The notes: generated from the letters alone by a model not told the origin. A DNA stretch of 64,000 nucleotides from an uncultured Hormoscilla sp. (GCA_963921275.4 OZ001293.3:6368001-6432000), one strand, 5' to 3'. Shown: positions 22,652 to 34,194, counted from the first letter of the stretch. Made by a program: numbers and translations.

Positions 22652-24024
22652 GACTGTGGCAGAACGTGACTCTGTCCGAACTGCAACTGGATCGGTGGCA
22701 CTATGGCAGCTATTTGTATCGGTTGGTGGGTGCGATCGAGGCTTGGCGTCAGGGTAGTTGCTTGATGCAGTGGGCGGATCTGATTGGGATTGAGTTAGTG
22801 AGTTTGATCTTGGCACTGGCACCTTTTGTGCCCAATTCCTCGATCGGCCTGCTGTTGATTGCTAGTGGCGGTTTTTGGGTGCTGCTGACTCTATCCGATC
22901 CTCCCCAGGGGCGGACATTCTCTCCTATTCATTTGCTGGTTTTGCTTTACTGGGCGATCGCCACTATTGCCATGGCTTTATCACCTGTAAAGGCCGCCGC
23001 TTTTACGGGTTGGGTGAAACTTACCCTCTATTTGCTGCTGTTTGCTCTAGGGGCGCGGTTGTTCCGATCGCCCCGTCTCCGTTCTTGGTTGATCGGGCTT
23101 TACTTACATGTTGCCCTAATTGTCAGTGTATACGGTTTGCGGCAATGGTTTTTCGGTGCCGATGCGCTGGCGACTTGGACCGATCCGACCTCAGCTTCTG
23201 CTAATACTACCAGGGTTTACAGTTACCTGGGCAATCCTAATTTGCTAGCTGGCTATCTGCTGCCTGCTGTCATCTTTAGTCTAGCAGCTATAGGACTCTG
23301 GCGCGGCCCTATGCGTAAGGCTTTGGCCCTGACCATATTTATTTGCACCTCCCTCTGTCTAGTATTTACCTTCAGTCGCGGCGGTTGGATTGGTTTTGTG
23401 GTCGCTATTACTGCTTTGGGACTATTCCTAGTTTACTGGTTCAGTATCAAGATGCCTCCTGTTTGGCGCAAGTTGTCCCTGCCGATCGCCCTAGGGACTT
23501 TGGCGGGGTTATTCATTTTTACCGTCTTGTTTGTGGCACCCGTGCGCGATCGGGTCTTGAGTATCTTTGCAGGTCGCAACGACAGCAGTAATAATTTTCG
23601 GCTGAATGTTTGGGCGGCGGCGATCGATATGATTAAAGCCCGTCCCTTCCTGGGTATTGGTCCTGGCAATGATGCTTTTAATAAGATCTATCCCCTGTTC
23701 CAACGTCCTCGCTATACCGCCTTGAGTGCCTATTCCGTCTTGCTAGAAATAGCAGTAGAAATCGGTTTAATTGGTTTAACTGCCTTCTTGTGGCTCCTAG
23801 TTGTTACCTTTAACCAGGGTTGGATACAATTGCAGCGTCTGAGACAGTTGGGAAGTCGCCAGGGATTTTGGTTGATGGGGGCGATCGCCACTATACTAGG
23901 TATGATGGCTCACGGCGCAGTCGATACTATCTGGTATCGCCCCCAAATCAATACTCTCTGGTGGCTGACCGTGGCCACGATCGCCAGTTATTATCTGCCA
24001 CCACCGCAGACAGATGACAACTAA
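22648..24024 (+). CDS. ictB: IctB family membrane protein (O-antigen ligase-like)
   Basis: RVYSYLGNPNLLAGYL, DSSNNFRLNVW, GIGPGN, ALSAYS, DTIWYRPQ. Confidence 0.92.
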   Translation: MRLWQNVTLSELQLDRWHYGSYLYRLVGAIEAWRQGSCLMQWADLIGIELVSLILALAPFVPNSSIGLLLIASGGFWVLLTLSDPPQGRTFSPIHLLVLLYWAIATIAMALSPVKAAAFTGWVKLTLYLLLFALGARLFRSPRLRSWLIGLYLHVALIVSVYGLRQWFFGADALATWTDPTSASANTTRVYSYLGNPNLLAGYLLPAVIFSLAAIGLWRGPMRKALALTIFICTSLCLVFTFSRGGWIGFVVAITALGLFLVYWFSIKMPPVWRKLSLPIALGTLAGLFIFTVLFVAPVRDRVLSIFAGRNDSSNNFRLNVWAAAIDMIKARPFLGIGPGNDAFNKIYPLFQRPRYTALSAYSVLLEIAVEIGLIGLTAFLWLLVVTFNQGWIQLQRLRQLGSRQGFWLMGAIATILGMMAHGAVDTIWYRPQINTLWWLTVATIASYYLPPPQTDDN

Positions 24025-24265
24025 ACCTTTAGTTTATCCCTTACAATTCAACATCCATGAGGGGATAGATAGCACCCTGATGATTTTGCAACATCGATTG
24101 AAAACCAATAATAAACGTCCTCAGATTAAAGTGGTTAAAGAATATGGTGATATCCCGCCAGGCTCCTGCTATCCTAGACAACTAAACCAAGTGTTTATAA
24201 ATATCCTTGCTAATGCTATTGATGCTCTTGATGAAGCAAATCGTTCTGTTGAAGAACTAGAGAGT
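24014..24265 (+). pseudogene. Histidine kinase HATPase fragment
   Basis: NIHEGIDSTLMILQHRLK, QLNQVFINILANAIDAL; runs into a repeat element. Confidence 0.75.
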
Positions 24266-24476
24266 CGGTGCAGTAGAACCATACCCTCGTTACCGTCGGG
24301 GTCTCCCTGGGAATGCTCAGTCACGAGGCAGCTGCCTCCTGTGAATGAGAAAAGCTGCCTCAGTTCACAAGAGGCAGAGCCTCAGACTGCTCGTTCCCAG
24401 GGAGACCCTAGGAACGAGGAACGAGGAAAAATTGAGATGCACCCTTCCCAATTTTGAATTTTGAATTTTGAATTGC

Positions 24477-24944
24477 TTAATAATTTTTCATCGCCCGTTC
24501 CATCTGGCGTTTATCATCCCGCTGTTTGATATCTTCGCGCTTATCATGCAGTTTCTTTCCCTTGCCTAAACCGATACTAATTTTCACCCAGCTATCTTTC
24601 AGATACATTTTCAAAGGCACCAAGGTTAAGCCTTTTTGTTCCACTTTTCCAATCAGCTTGCGGATTTCTTCCCGATGCAAGAGCAATTTCCGAGTCCGGC
24701 GGGGGTCGTGATTAAAATACTGACTCGTGGTATGGTGGGGCGAGATATGCACGTTCAGCAACCAGGCTTCACCATCCCGAATCAAGGCATATCCATCCCG
24801 GAGGTTAACCTTTCCTTCCCGAATTGACTTCACCTCTGTTCCCTTCAATTCAATCCCAGCTTCGTAAGTATCCAGAATTTCGTACAAATAACGAGCTTGC
24901 CGATTATCACTTACAACCTTGTAACCTTTACTTTCTTTAGACAT
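24477..24944 (-). CDS. smpB: SsrA-binding protein
   Basis: YEAGIELKGTEVKSIR, RTRKLLLH, GKGKKLHDKR. Confidence 0.97.
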   Translation of the reverse strand: MSKESKGYKVVSDNRQARYLYEILDTYEAGIELKGTEVKSIREGKVNLRDGYALIRDGEAWLLNVHISPHHTTSQYFNHDPRRTRKLLLHREEIRKLIGKVEQKGLTLVPLKMYLKDSWVKISIGLGKGKKLHDKREDIKQRDDKRQMERAMKNY

Positions 24945-24982
24945 CTTACTCTTTTCTCCTAAATATTTCTCAGAATCTACGA

Positions 24983-25249
24983 TTATTCGGCAATCAAGCA
25001 CCACTCGTAAAGTTCATATTTGACGCAGCCATTTTTGATTAGCGGGTCTTCAGAAACAATTGCTTCTGCTTTATCCCGTGAAGCGGCATCAAATAGTAAC
25101 ATCCCGCCTCCCCGCCGCTTCCAATAGCCGCTACGGGCCTTGTGTCCTTTAGCGATCGGGTCTTGGACATAGGCTTTGTGAGCAGGCACGTATTTATCAA
25201 AGGTGGCTTTGTCCACGATACCTGCTTCGATTTTGGCAAACCAGGGCAT
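24983..25249 (-). CDS. YciI family protein
   Basis: FDKYVPAHKAYV, GGGMLLF, DPLIKNGCV. Confidence 0.85.
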   Translation of the reverse strand: MPWFAKIEAGIVDKATFDKYVPAHKAYVQDPIAKGHKARSGYWKRRGGGMLLFDAASRDKAEAIVSEDPLIKNGCVKYELYEWCLIAE

Positions 25250-25341
25250 TTGCTTGCTTCCCTCAATCTTCTAGTTTAATTTCGCTGCTACTCCTAAATA
25301 TCCTATACTACTTAATGTAGTATAAAGCCAAAACCTAGGAG

Positions 25342-25911
25342 ATGGTGGATAGACCTATGGACAAATCAGAACAGCGATTCTTTGTTGCTCTCCTACCACC
25401 CCAGTCCATCCAGGATGAGGTAAACCAGATTAAGCAGTATTTTGCCGATTGCTACGCCAGTTGCAAAGCCTTCAATTCGCCGCCACACGTTACCCTGCAA
25501 CCGCCCTTTAAGTGGTTAACTGACAATCTTGAGGTGCTGCAAGACTGCTTGAGGGCTTTTGCAGCCTGCCGCCCGCCAGTGCCAGTAACTCTGGAGGGGT
25601 TTGGCGCGTTTAAGTCCAAAGTCATCTATGTTAACGTGCTCAAAACGCTGGAACTGATGAGGTTGCAGAAACAGTTAATCGCTCACACCGAAGCATCTTT
25701 AGCAATTGTAGACCCAATGGCCAAGAGTCGCCCCTTCGCGCCTCACATGACTGTAGCCTTTCGAGATTTGACACGGCAAAATTTCAAAGCGGCCTGGCCC
25801 GAATTCGAGCACCGACAGCTACAGTTTCAGTTTACACCCCCTAACCTGACGCTGCTGATTCACGATAGCAACCGCTGGCATGTCTGTGCTGAGTTTCCCT
25901 TCCAGAGTTGA
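25342..25911 (+). CDS. 2'-5' RNA ligase / 2H phosphoesterase family protein
   Basis: Two HxT motifs (PHVTL, PHMTV). Confidence 0.88.
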   Translation: MVDRPMDKSEQRFFVALLPPQSIQDEVNQIKQYFADCYASCKAFNSPPHVTLQPPFKWLTDNLEVLQDCLRAFAACRPPVPVTLEGFGAFKSKVIYVNVLKTLELMRLQKQLIAHTEASLAIVDPMAKSRPFAPHMTVAFRDLTRQNFKAAWPEFEHRQLQFQFTPPNLTLLIHDSNRWHVCAEFPFQS

Positions 25912-26497
25912 TGGGCGATCGCTCATCAACTCTGGTTAGGGCAAGAAACCCGGTTTCTGCGATATCCTCTGGTCTTTACCCAGGGTTGAAAGTCCAAACC
26001 CGGTTTCTAGACCCTGGGGTAGGCGATCGCCCGCCCGTGGGTCTATGGGCCCGGTGATGCTATTGCGAAAGTCTCATGCTTCTTGAAAATAGGAGAAGAG
26101 AGAACTCCGTTCTGCCCTTGCACTCCCAACTCCCAACAGGCTGGCACAGTCCTGCAATGTGTGCTCTAGTTTGAAGATAACCCAACAAGAGAGAGAGGAT
26201 AGTAGCCATGGCATCACTACTCGGGCCCAAAAGGAATGAGGATTTAATAAGGTGTCAAAATCGTCTGAAATGCTCTTGCTGACAATACTTTATGGCTTCT
26301 CAGATGAGCATCTTGTTTAATCGGAGTTCCTAAGATAGTAGTAGTGACTCAGTTACAGAGCGAACCAGAACAGAGCGAGCAACAGCTAAACTCAAACAGT
26401 CTCAGATCATCTGTTGAAGATGCCTAGCGCGTGACAGAACAGCAAAAGCTACTGAGACAGGATTTGACCAGCAAGCTTAACATTCTGTTTGTCGCCA

Positions 26498-26950
26498 ATA
26501 AGTAGTCAGACAAAATTAATTAGATAGTTCTCCCCAAATTATTTGAGGATTTTTTCAACGGAGGCAACTAAAGTTTTCCAGCAAGAATAAGCATCGATTT
26601 CAAGCCATTCGTATTTAATAAACCGCCACAAAATTTCAATCAAATTCAAATGAGGGGAATAAGTAGGCAGGAGAAAGAGTGTAATATTGCGTTCTTGCCA
26701 TTCTTCAATTTGATCTTGAATAGCATCACTGGTATGAATAGGCGATGTCACTTGACACGCATTTCTAAGATAGAATCTCATGGGTGTCAAGTGACATCGA
26801 TGCTTGGTCTGCAACAATTACTGTTGGTTTTTCCATTTTGGTGGGAAAAAACGCATCAATACAAGCAATAACTACATCGGCATTAATATTTTGAGTAGAT
26901 ACACAAGCTTCTAAGTAATTGTGCCGATTCACGATTCCCAATACATTCAA
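26498..26950 (-). mobile_element. IS630-family transposase C-terminal remnant with terminal repeat
   Basis: LPTYSPHLNLIEILWRFIKYEW, VIVADQAS; end TAAGTAGTCAGACAAAATTA resembles the MITE end at 47684. Confidence 0.8.
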
Positions 26951-27316
26951 TGCTAAAGTCGGTTAAAACCGACTAAGAGGATAATGTTTATAAATTGTAT
27001 CATTCCCTGGAACAGGAGGCAGAGCCTCCAGCAGTCATTCCCAGGTAGAACCTGGGAATGAGGCAAATTAGGGAAAAAAGATGGTATTTACGAAGATCGG
27101 GCATCTCCTCAGGCGATCGCACCTGGAGAAGCCAAAAAGAGCGATCGGGGGTAGTGCAGAGCCAGTCATCAGGGGGATCTTGTGAGAGAATGAAGAGGTA
27201 AAAGGGAATTGGAGATCTGGTTGTAGCAATAACATTTTCTCAAAGGTAGCTACAAATTTGAAGCATTATCCTATTAGTCGGTTGAAACCGACTTGAGCTA
27301 TTAGCCGGGGGTTTGA

Positions 27317-27456
27317 AGATACTGTGGGCTAATTAACTGGGGGGTGTAACCCCCCAAAACACTCCCACCCCCACCAAGAGAGGAATTTCTCCCCACTCCC
27401 CACTCCCCACTCCCTACTCCAGATCGTCGAAATCTCGTAATTAGCCCACAGTATCT
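27317..27456. mobile_element. MITE with perfect 19-bp TIRs inserted into another palindromic repeat
   Basis: AGATACTGTGGGCTAATTA / TAATTAGCCCACAGTATCT with a 4-bp TTGA duplication. Confidence 0.8.
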
Positions 27457-27537
27457 TTGAACCCCCGGCGGGCTAACAACGAAGAGAAGGAATTACTGAG
27501 CTATATGGAAATGCGATCGGGAGTTACCACATATACT

Positions 27538-28581
27538 TTATTCATCTACTTGCCAGGGGTCTTTAGTCAAGTCTTCATCCAGAATGCGCTTGGGACGGAC
27601 GACCAGCAGCACCCTTCCCAGCAGGGGAATATCCGGGGCAGTTTCTAACCACTGAATTTCCAGTCGATCGCCCATTTCCGCGAGGAAGTAGCTGTCGGCA
27701 TCCCACTGACGCTGCGATCGGTCTACAATAATCAGGACAGCTTCAGGTGGATCGGGAACTGGATTAGGCAGTTGGTCGCTAGTACCGAGAATAGCCACTG
27801 GATCTTCGGCACTGCGCACAACTTGCCATCCAGGTACTGGTACCCAAGCCCCCTGACTAGCAAACTTCACCATTCCGAAAGGTTCCGTCTCGTCAGTAAT
27901 GGGGACCGCTTGCAAGTCAGCGGTACTCAGAGGTAGTTCCCCCACAACCGGGATAACGCGGGGCAATTCTTCTGCTGATTCCAAGCGATAGACTGGTAAA
28001 ATCGGGGCAGGACGCTTGGGGACGACAGTAAAATCCGTTAGTAGCTGCTCGATCGCCTCTCGGGCCCCCGGAGTTTGGGCAAATTTCAACCCCTTAGCAA
28101 TTAAACGCGATCGATCTTGCAGATTGTTATGCTGGCGGGCAGTTTTCCAGCACTGGTAGGCAATAGCATCCCCCGGTTGACGAGAAAACCCTTCTGGTAG
28201 CATCCGCATCCGGGACAGCTCCTTCATGGCCTTAGCCAGATCGTGGGCCTCATCCGCATCCAGGTTTTGGGCCACCACGAATTCCGCAGCAGCGGCCCGT
28301 TCAGCGGTGGCCAGGATGCGAAACTCATACAGGCGATCGCTGCCTTTTTGCTGGAAATATTGTAGAACCGGTTCTGGAACGGCCTCATTCAGGATACTGG
28401 TGTAAACCTGGGAGGCCACGACGATCTGATTTTGTTGGACGGCCTCAATACCAGTTTCTTCGAAGATTTGCTCCAGTTTATAGCCAGCTTTTTGCAGGTG
28501 GGCGATCGCCTGTCCCCATTCCACCCAGGAACCTTCCTTACGCCGGAGCTTTTGCAGCATATCTCGTGCAGTGTCAGTCAT
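27538..28581 (-). CDS. raf1: RuBisCO accumulation factor 1
   Basis: LRRKEGSWVEWG, QNQIVVASQVY, LYEFRIL, PGDAIAY, VVRPKRILDE. Confidence 0.93.
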   Translation of the reverse strand: MTDTARDMLQKLRRKEGSWVEWGQAIAHLQKAGYKLEQIFEETGIEAVQQNQIVVASQVYTSILNEAVPEPVLQYFQQKGSDRLYEFRILATAERAAAAEFVVAQNLDADEAHDLAKAMKELSRMRMLPEGFSRQPGDAIAYQCWKTARQHNNLQDRSRLIAKGLKFAQTPGAREAIEQLLTDFTVVPKRPAPILPVYRLESAEELPRVIPVVGELPLSTADLQAVPITDETEPFGMVKFASQGAWVPVPGWQVVRSAEDPVAILGTSDQLPNPVPDPPEAVLIIVDRSQRQWDADSYFLAEMGDRLEIQWLETAPDIPLLGRVLLVVRPKRILDEDLTKDPWQVDE

Positions 28582-28705
28582 TTGATATCGTCCTCCGATC
28601 TGTTGTCAAAAAACAATAAAGGGCCGAAAGCCGCTCCCAGAGGGATTTTATTCTCACGCCCCTTACCTTGTGGGGGAAGTCGGAAAAAAAATTTTTCTCT
28701 AGGAC

Positions 28706-28735
28706 TTGACAAACTGGAAGTAGATAAGTCATTAT
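28706..28735 (+). promoter_or_regulatory. Sigma70-like promoter of tRNA-Ala
   Basis: TTGACA-N18-CATTAT, ending 15 nt before the tRNA. Confidence 0.45.
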
Positions 28736-28750
28736 AGTAAAAGCGAGTGT

Positions 28751-28823
28751 GGGGCTATAGCTCAGTTGGTAGAGCACCTCAATGGCATTGAGGGGGCCAG
28801 CGGTTCGAGTCCGCTTAGCTCCA
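28751..28823 (+). tRNA. tRNA-Ala(GGC)
   Basis: GGGGCTATAGCTCAGTTGGTAGAGC...CCTCA-ATGGCAT-TGAGG...GGTTCGAGTCC...TAGCTCCA; G3:U70 pair. Confidence 0.95.
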
Positions 28824-29233
28824 TTGCCCATCCCCTGTTCCAGGCTCAGTCCTGGCTGATGGAAACCCAGTCCGCTTCGCGGGCTTACAGAGCGATCGCC
28901 AAGAGCTTCGGGCAAAAGTCTCTCATCCCCAAGGCGATCGTTTTTTTGTCTGAAAAACCTGTCCGATCGTAGGTTGGGTTGACCCACGAAACCCAACCGA
29001 TACATCTGGTGCATGGCAGTGAGTAAGAGGGAAAAGGATATTGACAAGAAGCAGAGCTTGGGATCGAATAGTGTAAGCTGTCGCGCATCGCTCACTGCAT
29101 ATTCGGGCTTAGAATAAAATCGTGGCAACCCTCGACCCATAAGCGTTTCAGCCACCCAGCCTGCCCCATTTTTGACTATGTAATTTAAATGCATCACAGC
29201 TTATGACAAAACCAATCAAGGAGTCCAACAAAT

Positions 29234-30490
29234 ATGACACCATCACCATCACCGCCTTCTAACGGTGGGAATACCTCCCCAAAAAAGGTCGTCGGCGCTG
29301 TAGTAGGAGTAGTTGGATTTATAGCTGCTGTAGTGACCTGTTTACCAGTGATTCCCATCCTCAACAGAAGTTATTGTAAGGTTGCAGCCTACTCTCCGCT
29401 ACTAGGAAGGAAGTATTGCTGGGAAAAATACATTAACAAAAAATCCCTGGGCAAACATAATGACGAAGTATATAGTCTCGCTTTCAGTCGGGATGGCAAG
29501 ATTTTAGTTAGTGGTAGTTCAGATGGCACGATCAAACTTTGGGATTGGTCAAGAAAAAAAGAGAAATATAACTGGACAGATCATAACAGGGTCGTCTGGG
29601 AAATGGCTTTTAGCTCTGATGGTAAGATTTTAGTTAGTGCCAGCGGCGATGGCACAATTAAATTTTGGGATGCAAAAAAGCTGGAAACGGAGGAACGCTA
29701 TACGGAGGAACACTATCTTGGAGAACTGAATCATGAGGGTAGCGTCATGTCTGTCGCCTTTCTTCCCAAGGGCTGCTCGCAACGTCAGATTTTAGCTAGC
29801 GCTGGTGAGAGTGGCATTATCGAACTGTGGGATGCAGAAACAAGACAGCGGATTAAAACTTTGCCAGGACATAAGAAGGAGGCATCCCGCCTCCTTTCTC
29901 GGGTCTGGTCTGTTGCATTTAGCCCAGATTGCAAGACTTTAGCTAGTGGCGGGCATGATTCAAGTGTCAAGATCTGGAATTGGCAAGCAGGAACGCAAAA
30001 ATATGTATTAGATCCGAGAGACAACGGTCCCGTTTGTATGGTTGCATTTAGCCCAGATGGCAAGACCTTAGTTAGTAACGGTTGCCACGACAAGGCTATG
30101 TATGTCTTTGATGTAAACAATTATAATAAGAATATATCAAACCCAGAACCCAGTAGAATGGTTCACTATTGCCAGGCTAACTCGGATAATAATGACAGGT
30201 GCGAAGAATATTCTTGCTTGGATGAGACAAATGAAGAGAAGAAGATTTGTGGAGTATACGCGATCGCGATTTCCAAAGATGGCATTTTAGCTAGTGGTGG
30301 TTATGACTCTAATATCAGAATTTGGAATTTGAGGGACGAAAAGGAAATCGAGACTTATAAAGAAGCCCATCAAGGTACAGTTAGAAGCTTGATTTTTAGT
30401 CCCGATGGCAAGAGTTTAGTCAGTGGCGGTGGCAACCCTCACAATCCCGGATTTCAAGACACCTTTATTGAAATTTGGCAACCTTATTAG
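29234..30490 (+). CDS. WD40-repeat protein with an N-terminal membrane anchor
   Basis: Seven repeats of the type AFSPDGKxLxSG..DxTIKxWD. Confidence 0.9.
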   Translation: MTPSPSPPSNGGNTSPKKVVGAVVGVVGFIAAVVTCLPVIPILNRSYCKVAAYSPLLGRKYCWEKYINKKSLGKHNDEVYSLAFSRDGKILVSGSSDGTIKLWDWSRKKEKYNWTDHNRVVWEMAFSSDGKILVSASGDGTIKFWDAKKLETEERYTEEHYLGELNHEGSVMSVAFLPKGCSQRQILASAGESGIIELWDAETRQRIKTLPGHKKEASRLLSRVWSVAFSPDCKTLASGGHDSSVKIWNWQAGTQKYVLDPRDNGPVCMVAFSPDGKTLVSNGCHDKAMYVFDVNNYNKNISNPEPSRMVHYCQANSDNNDRCEEYSCLDETNEEKKICGVYAIAISKDGILASGGYDSNIRIWNLRDEKEIETYKEAHQGTVRSLIFSPDGKSLVSGGGNPHNPGFQDTFIEIWQPY

Positions 30491-30510
30491 GGCAACAATA
30501 ATTCGATCTT

Positions 30511-31100
30511 CGTAGGTTGGGTTGACGTGAGTCAACCCAACCAGCGATGGTCCTCACAACATCTGGATGGTTGGGTTTCGTGCCTCTACCCAACCTACTA
30601 CTATCTCGGTTGGGTTTCGTGCCTCTACCCAACCTACTACTAATACCATTTTTTTAAAGGTATGATAAACTTGAGTAGGCACAGAGGCCAAGGAGGCGGG
30701 AGCCTCCGAATACCGTTCCCAGGTTCTACCTGGGAACGAGAGAAATGGTATTAGTCGGTTTTAACTCATATCTTGCACCATTTTAAACTAGAGGCGGAGC
30801 CTCGATAACTCGTTCGGTGTCTGAGACTGAGAACGAGGGGAAAATACCTGTTAAATAAGGCTTTCAGTCGGTTTTCAACCGACTTGAGCTATTAGCCGTG
30901 GGTTAAACCCACGGCGGGCCGTGAGACCAATTGAGAATGGTGCAAGATGTCAGTTTTAACCGACTTTAGCTATTAGACGGCGCTATCCCCCGGGTAGTGC
31001 GGTTACGATGTCTCGGGGGTAGTGCACGCGTCCCCCTCTGGGGGGACATCGAGCTCCCGGGGGATAGCGTGGGTTTGCAACCCCCGGCGGGCTGATAGCG
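30511..31100. repeat. Stack of nested REP/MITE-like palindromic elements
   Basis: GTAGGTTGGGTT/AACCCAACCTAC units; GAGGCGGAGCCTC..TTCCCAGG..CTGGGAACGAG; TCTTGCACCATT/AATGGTGCAAGA; CGCTATCCCCCGGG/CCCGGGGGATAGCG. Confidence 0.75.
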
Positions 31101-31139
31101 AAGTGAAAGATTAACAATTAGCCATTAACCATTAACAAT

Positions 31140-31427
31140 TCACCCATCCTGAGACAAAAACTCAACTTTGGGAATGAGGGGGTCAACAACCAGGTCAACG
31201 CCAGTAAAATCCCAACGTTTCAGCAGATTTTTTAACTGAGTTTCCGGAACTGCCTCCACAGCAAAGCGCGAGGCCATATCTGCCCCATGAGTATTGATAA
31301 AGCTGCGGGCCTCGAAGTCCTCACGAAACATCAGCAAATAGCCCGATCCCGAACTTTCATCTGGATGAGCTGCCAGATATTTACCATCTTGTTGCGAACG
31401 GAGTATATAATGAACTTGAAAAGACAT
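31140..31427 (-). CDS. Conserved cyanobacterial hypothetical protein
   Basis: YILRSQQDGKYL...YLLMFREDFEARSFINTH; follows the permease closely. Confidence 0.75.
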   Translation of the reverse strand: MSFQVHYILRSQQDGKYLAAHPDESSGSGYLLMFREDFEARSFINTHGADMASRFAVEAVPETQLKNLLKRWDFTGVDLVVDPLIPKVEFLSQDG

Positions 31428-31432
31428 AATGA

Positions 31433-32425
31433 TTATTTGAGGTCTTCTAGCTTAATTCTCGGATCGACAACTTTCAGCAGTAAATCTGCCAAGAGATTGC
31501 CGACAATTAACATTACAGCCCCCATCATCAGGCTGGCCATCACCAGATAGAGGTCTTGAGCAGTTACCGCCTGCAAGATCAGACGCCCCAAACCCGGCCA
31601 GTTAAAGAAAGTTTCCGCAATGAAAGCACCACTCAACAAGCTAGCAAATTCAAAACCCAGCAGGGTAATCAGGGGATTAACAGCATTGCGGAGTGCATGC
31701 ACGTAGAGTACCCGGTTTTCTGGCAATCCCTTAGCACGGGCCGTGCGAATATAGTCTTGGCGCAAAACATCCAACAACTGTCCGCGAGTCAGGCGCTGCA
31801 AACCAGCAAAACTGGTGATACTCAAGGCCAAGGTAGGTAAGAACATATGCCAACCGATATCTAATACTTTCCCAAACCAGGATAAGTCAGCGTGGTCGAT
31901 GCTCGTCATCCCACCCACTGGGAACAGAGGCGAAAGATTCTGGGCTAAAAACAGCAGCAACAGCGCCGTGATGAAACTGGGAAAACCTTGACCCGTGTAG
32001 CTGATGACTCGCAAAAATTGGTCAATTTTGTTATTTTGGTTAATAGCTCCTACTATCCCCAGAGGAATCGCGATCGCCCAGGTAACCGCCAAAGAAGCGA
32101 TCGCCAGGAGCAGGGTATTGGGGATCCGTTCCCACAGCAGAGAGGCCACCGATCGCTGATAAACGAAACTGGTGCCAAAATCTCCAGCAGTAACAATTCG
32201 CAATAGCCAGTGTCCATATTGTACAATTGCCGGTTTATCCAAGCCAAACTGTTGTCGAATTTCCTCAATTCTTTCTGGCGAAATCTGAGGATTTTGTCGC
32301 AACGTATCCAGATAATCTCCAGGGGCCAGCTGAATAATGAAAAAACTCAACGCCGATGCCAACAACAGGGTCAACAGCGCCTGCAACAACCTTTTTATTA
32401 CATAGAGAAAGGTTTCATTGGTCAT
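31433..32425 (-). CDS. Peptide/nickel ABC transporter permease (DppB/OppB-like)
   Basis: LAPGD, GDFGTS, DYIRTARAKGL, HALRNA, ETFFNWPGLG. Confidence 0.92.
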   Translation of the reverse strand: MTNETFLYVIKRLLQALLTLLLASALSFFIIQLAPGDYLDTLRQNPQISPERIEEIRQQFGLDKPAIVQYGHWLLRIVTAGDFGTSFVYQRSVASLLWERIPNTLLLAIASLAVTWAIAIPLGIVGAINQNNKIDQFLRVISYTGQGFPSFITALLLLFLAQNLSPLFPVGGMTSIDHADLSWFGKVLDIGWHMFLPTLALSITSFAGLQRLTRGQLLDVLRQDYIRTARAKGLPENRVLYVHALRNAVNPLITLLGFEFASLLSGAFIAETFFNWPGLGRLILQAVTAQDLYLVMASLMMGAVMLIVGNLLADLLLKVVDPRIKLEDLK

Positions 32426-32461
32426 AATCTATCGTTCATGTTTGATAGTTCATTTCTTGCT

Positions 32462-33205
32462 TCACCCTAACCCTAACTTCTTCCTCACATCCTCACTACT
32501 CACAACTTTACCAGCTTTTTGCTGTTTTCTAGAGTGCTCGATAATCTCCAAAAACCGACTATTGTTACTTAAAGAAACCGTTTCAATATCTGCGATCGCC
32601 ACCCAAACAGCTACCGGTCGATCTAGAAATGCTGCGATCTCAGGTTCTCTTCCCAAACTGCGAACATAATCGGCTGGCTGCACAATTTGACTGTTATCGC
32701 TGCCAAGATTTTTTTATTAATGTTAGCGAATCTATATTTTTTTCTAAAGGAAAATTTTCTAAGTCCGCAATTGGTGTTAGCACAGCTACAGGAGTTCCCT
32801 TAATATTAACAAGCAAGGGAGCTTTCCCTAAAGCTTGAATATATTTACCCAATGATTCAGTTGCTTGTGCAAGTTCTACTGATTTCATAGTTCAATTTCC
32901 TCCTTCCAGATCCGATACGCAGTGCGCGACGTAGGAGCGCTACTTGGTTGCGATTCTTGACTCCAACTGCTTGAATGTAGACTACAGAAACTGTGTTTTA
33001 TTCTACATCGTAATCCACCCGTAAATTCCCTATCCGCAGTTCCAAACTTGCCGAAATGTTAGGTTTCATTTGCGATTCCTGGTTTATACTATGGGTTCAT
33101 ATTTGAGTTGTTCATCTACAGTGTCTAACACAGTCCTTTGTTCACGAGTTGTTAGGCTTTTTAGATGCTCAATAGCAGCATCAGTGTATTAAATTTGATA
33201 ACTCA
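32462..33205 (-). pseudogene. Degraded RelE/ParE-type toxin followed by two antitoxin-like ORFs
   Basis: Toxin frame with stops (YTDAAIEHLKSL...ELRIGNLRVDYDV...IQAVGVK); ORFs 32694-32888 and 32462-32683 are mutually similar (PVAV..IAD.E). Confidence 0.6.
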
Positions 33206-33441
33206 ATCATCCTCCTACGCCACTATTGCCTATATTTTTGATTTTATTACTTTTCGACCTCAGCTGTGAATCTTTACCCTCATCCTCCTTAAAGTCTAGA
33301 CTAGCACTGACCAGTTGAAAACAGACTCAAATTACCTCGATCGAGAGGTCTTATCCATGAATCTTGAGCAAAATTACCTCGACCGAGAGTAAGCAGACAG
33401 GACTTAACCCGATCGATGGTTTGGCAAGTGTAAAAAAAGGT

Positions 33442-33957
33442 TTAATACTCAACCATACTAATCACCGGCACATCTGCGGGCAGGCGATCGCGCCCACCCA
33501 GATCCTTAAGTTCAATGATAAAAGCAAAGCCCACCAGTTGGCAGCCTGCCTGCTGGACCAAGTCAGCAGTAGCATTAGCAGTTCCACCAGTAGCAATCAG
33601 ATCGTCTACAATCAGAACGCGGCTTCCTGGCGACATCGCATCTTGATGCAGCTCCAGCCGGTCTTTGCCGTACTCCAGAGCGTACTCGGCGGCATAAACG
33701 GCGGCTGGCAGCTTACCCGGTTTGCGGACCGGAATAAACCCACAACCCAGTCGATAAGCCACCAAGCTGCCGAAAATAAAGCCCCGAGACTCCATACCCA
33801 CCACATAATCTGGCGATAAATTAGAGCACTTAGCACCAAGAGTGTCTATGGTGTAGCGCAGTCCTGCGGGGTCGCGCAGTAGGGTAGTGATATCCCGAAA
33901 CATAATTCCGGGTTTGGGAAAGTCCGGAATGTCGCGAATTAGAGACTTGAGATCCAT
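33442..33957 (-). CDS. apt: Adenine phosphoribosyltransferase
   Basis: [37 protein letters not shown]. Confidence 0.97.
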   Translation of the reverse strand: MDLKSLIRDIPDFPKPGIMFRDITTLLRDPAGLRYTIDTLGAKCSNLSPDYVVGMESRGFIFGSLVAYRLGCGFIPVRKPGKLPAAVYAAEYALEYGKDRLELHQDAMSPGSRVLIVDDLIATGGTANATADLVQQAGCQLVGFAFIIELKDLGGRDRLPADVPVISMVEY

Positions 33958-34194
33958 AGAGTTTGTCTTACCTCAACAACGTTACACATATAGCAAGATC
34001 CTTCCGTCGAGCCTGTCAGGATATGCTTAAAAATCGTACAGTAGATAGGTAGGGTTTGAGATCCATCACCAAAGAGTTCTCAGTAAGTCCCACTTGCGGT
34101 ACCACCCATCTCTGATGGTAACGATGAAGACCGCCCGGTCCCCTGGCCTAACCCCCTGGCCGTGATCGCACTTGCACCTTTACCCATTGCCAAA

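Noticed and set aside
28574..29197. 207-aa ORF on -
   Set aside because: It overlaps tRNA-Ala and REP-like repeats and has no recognisable motif
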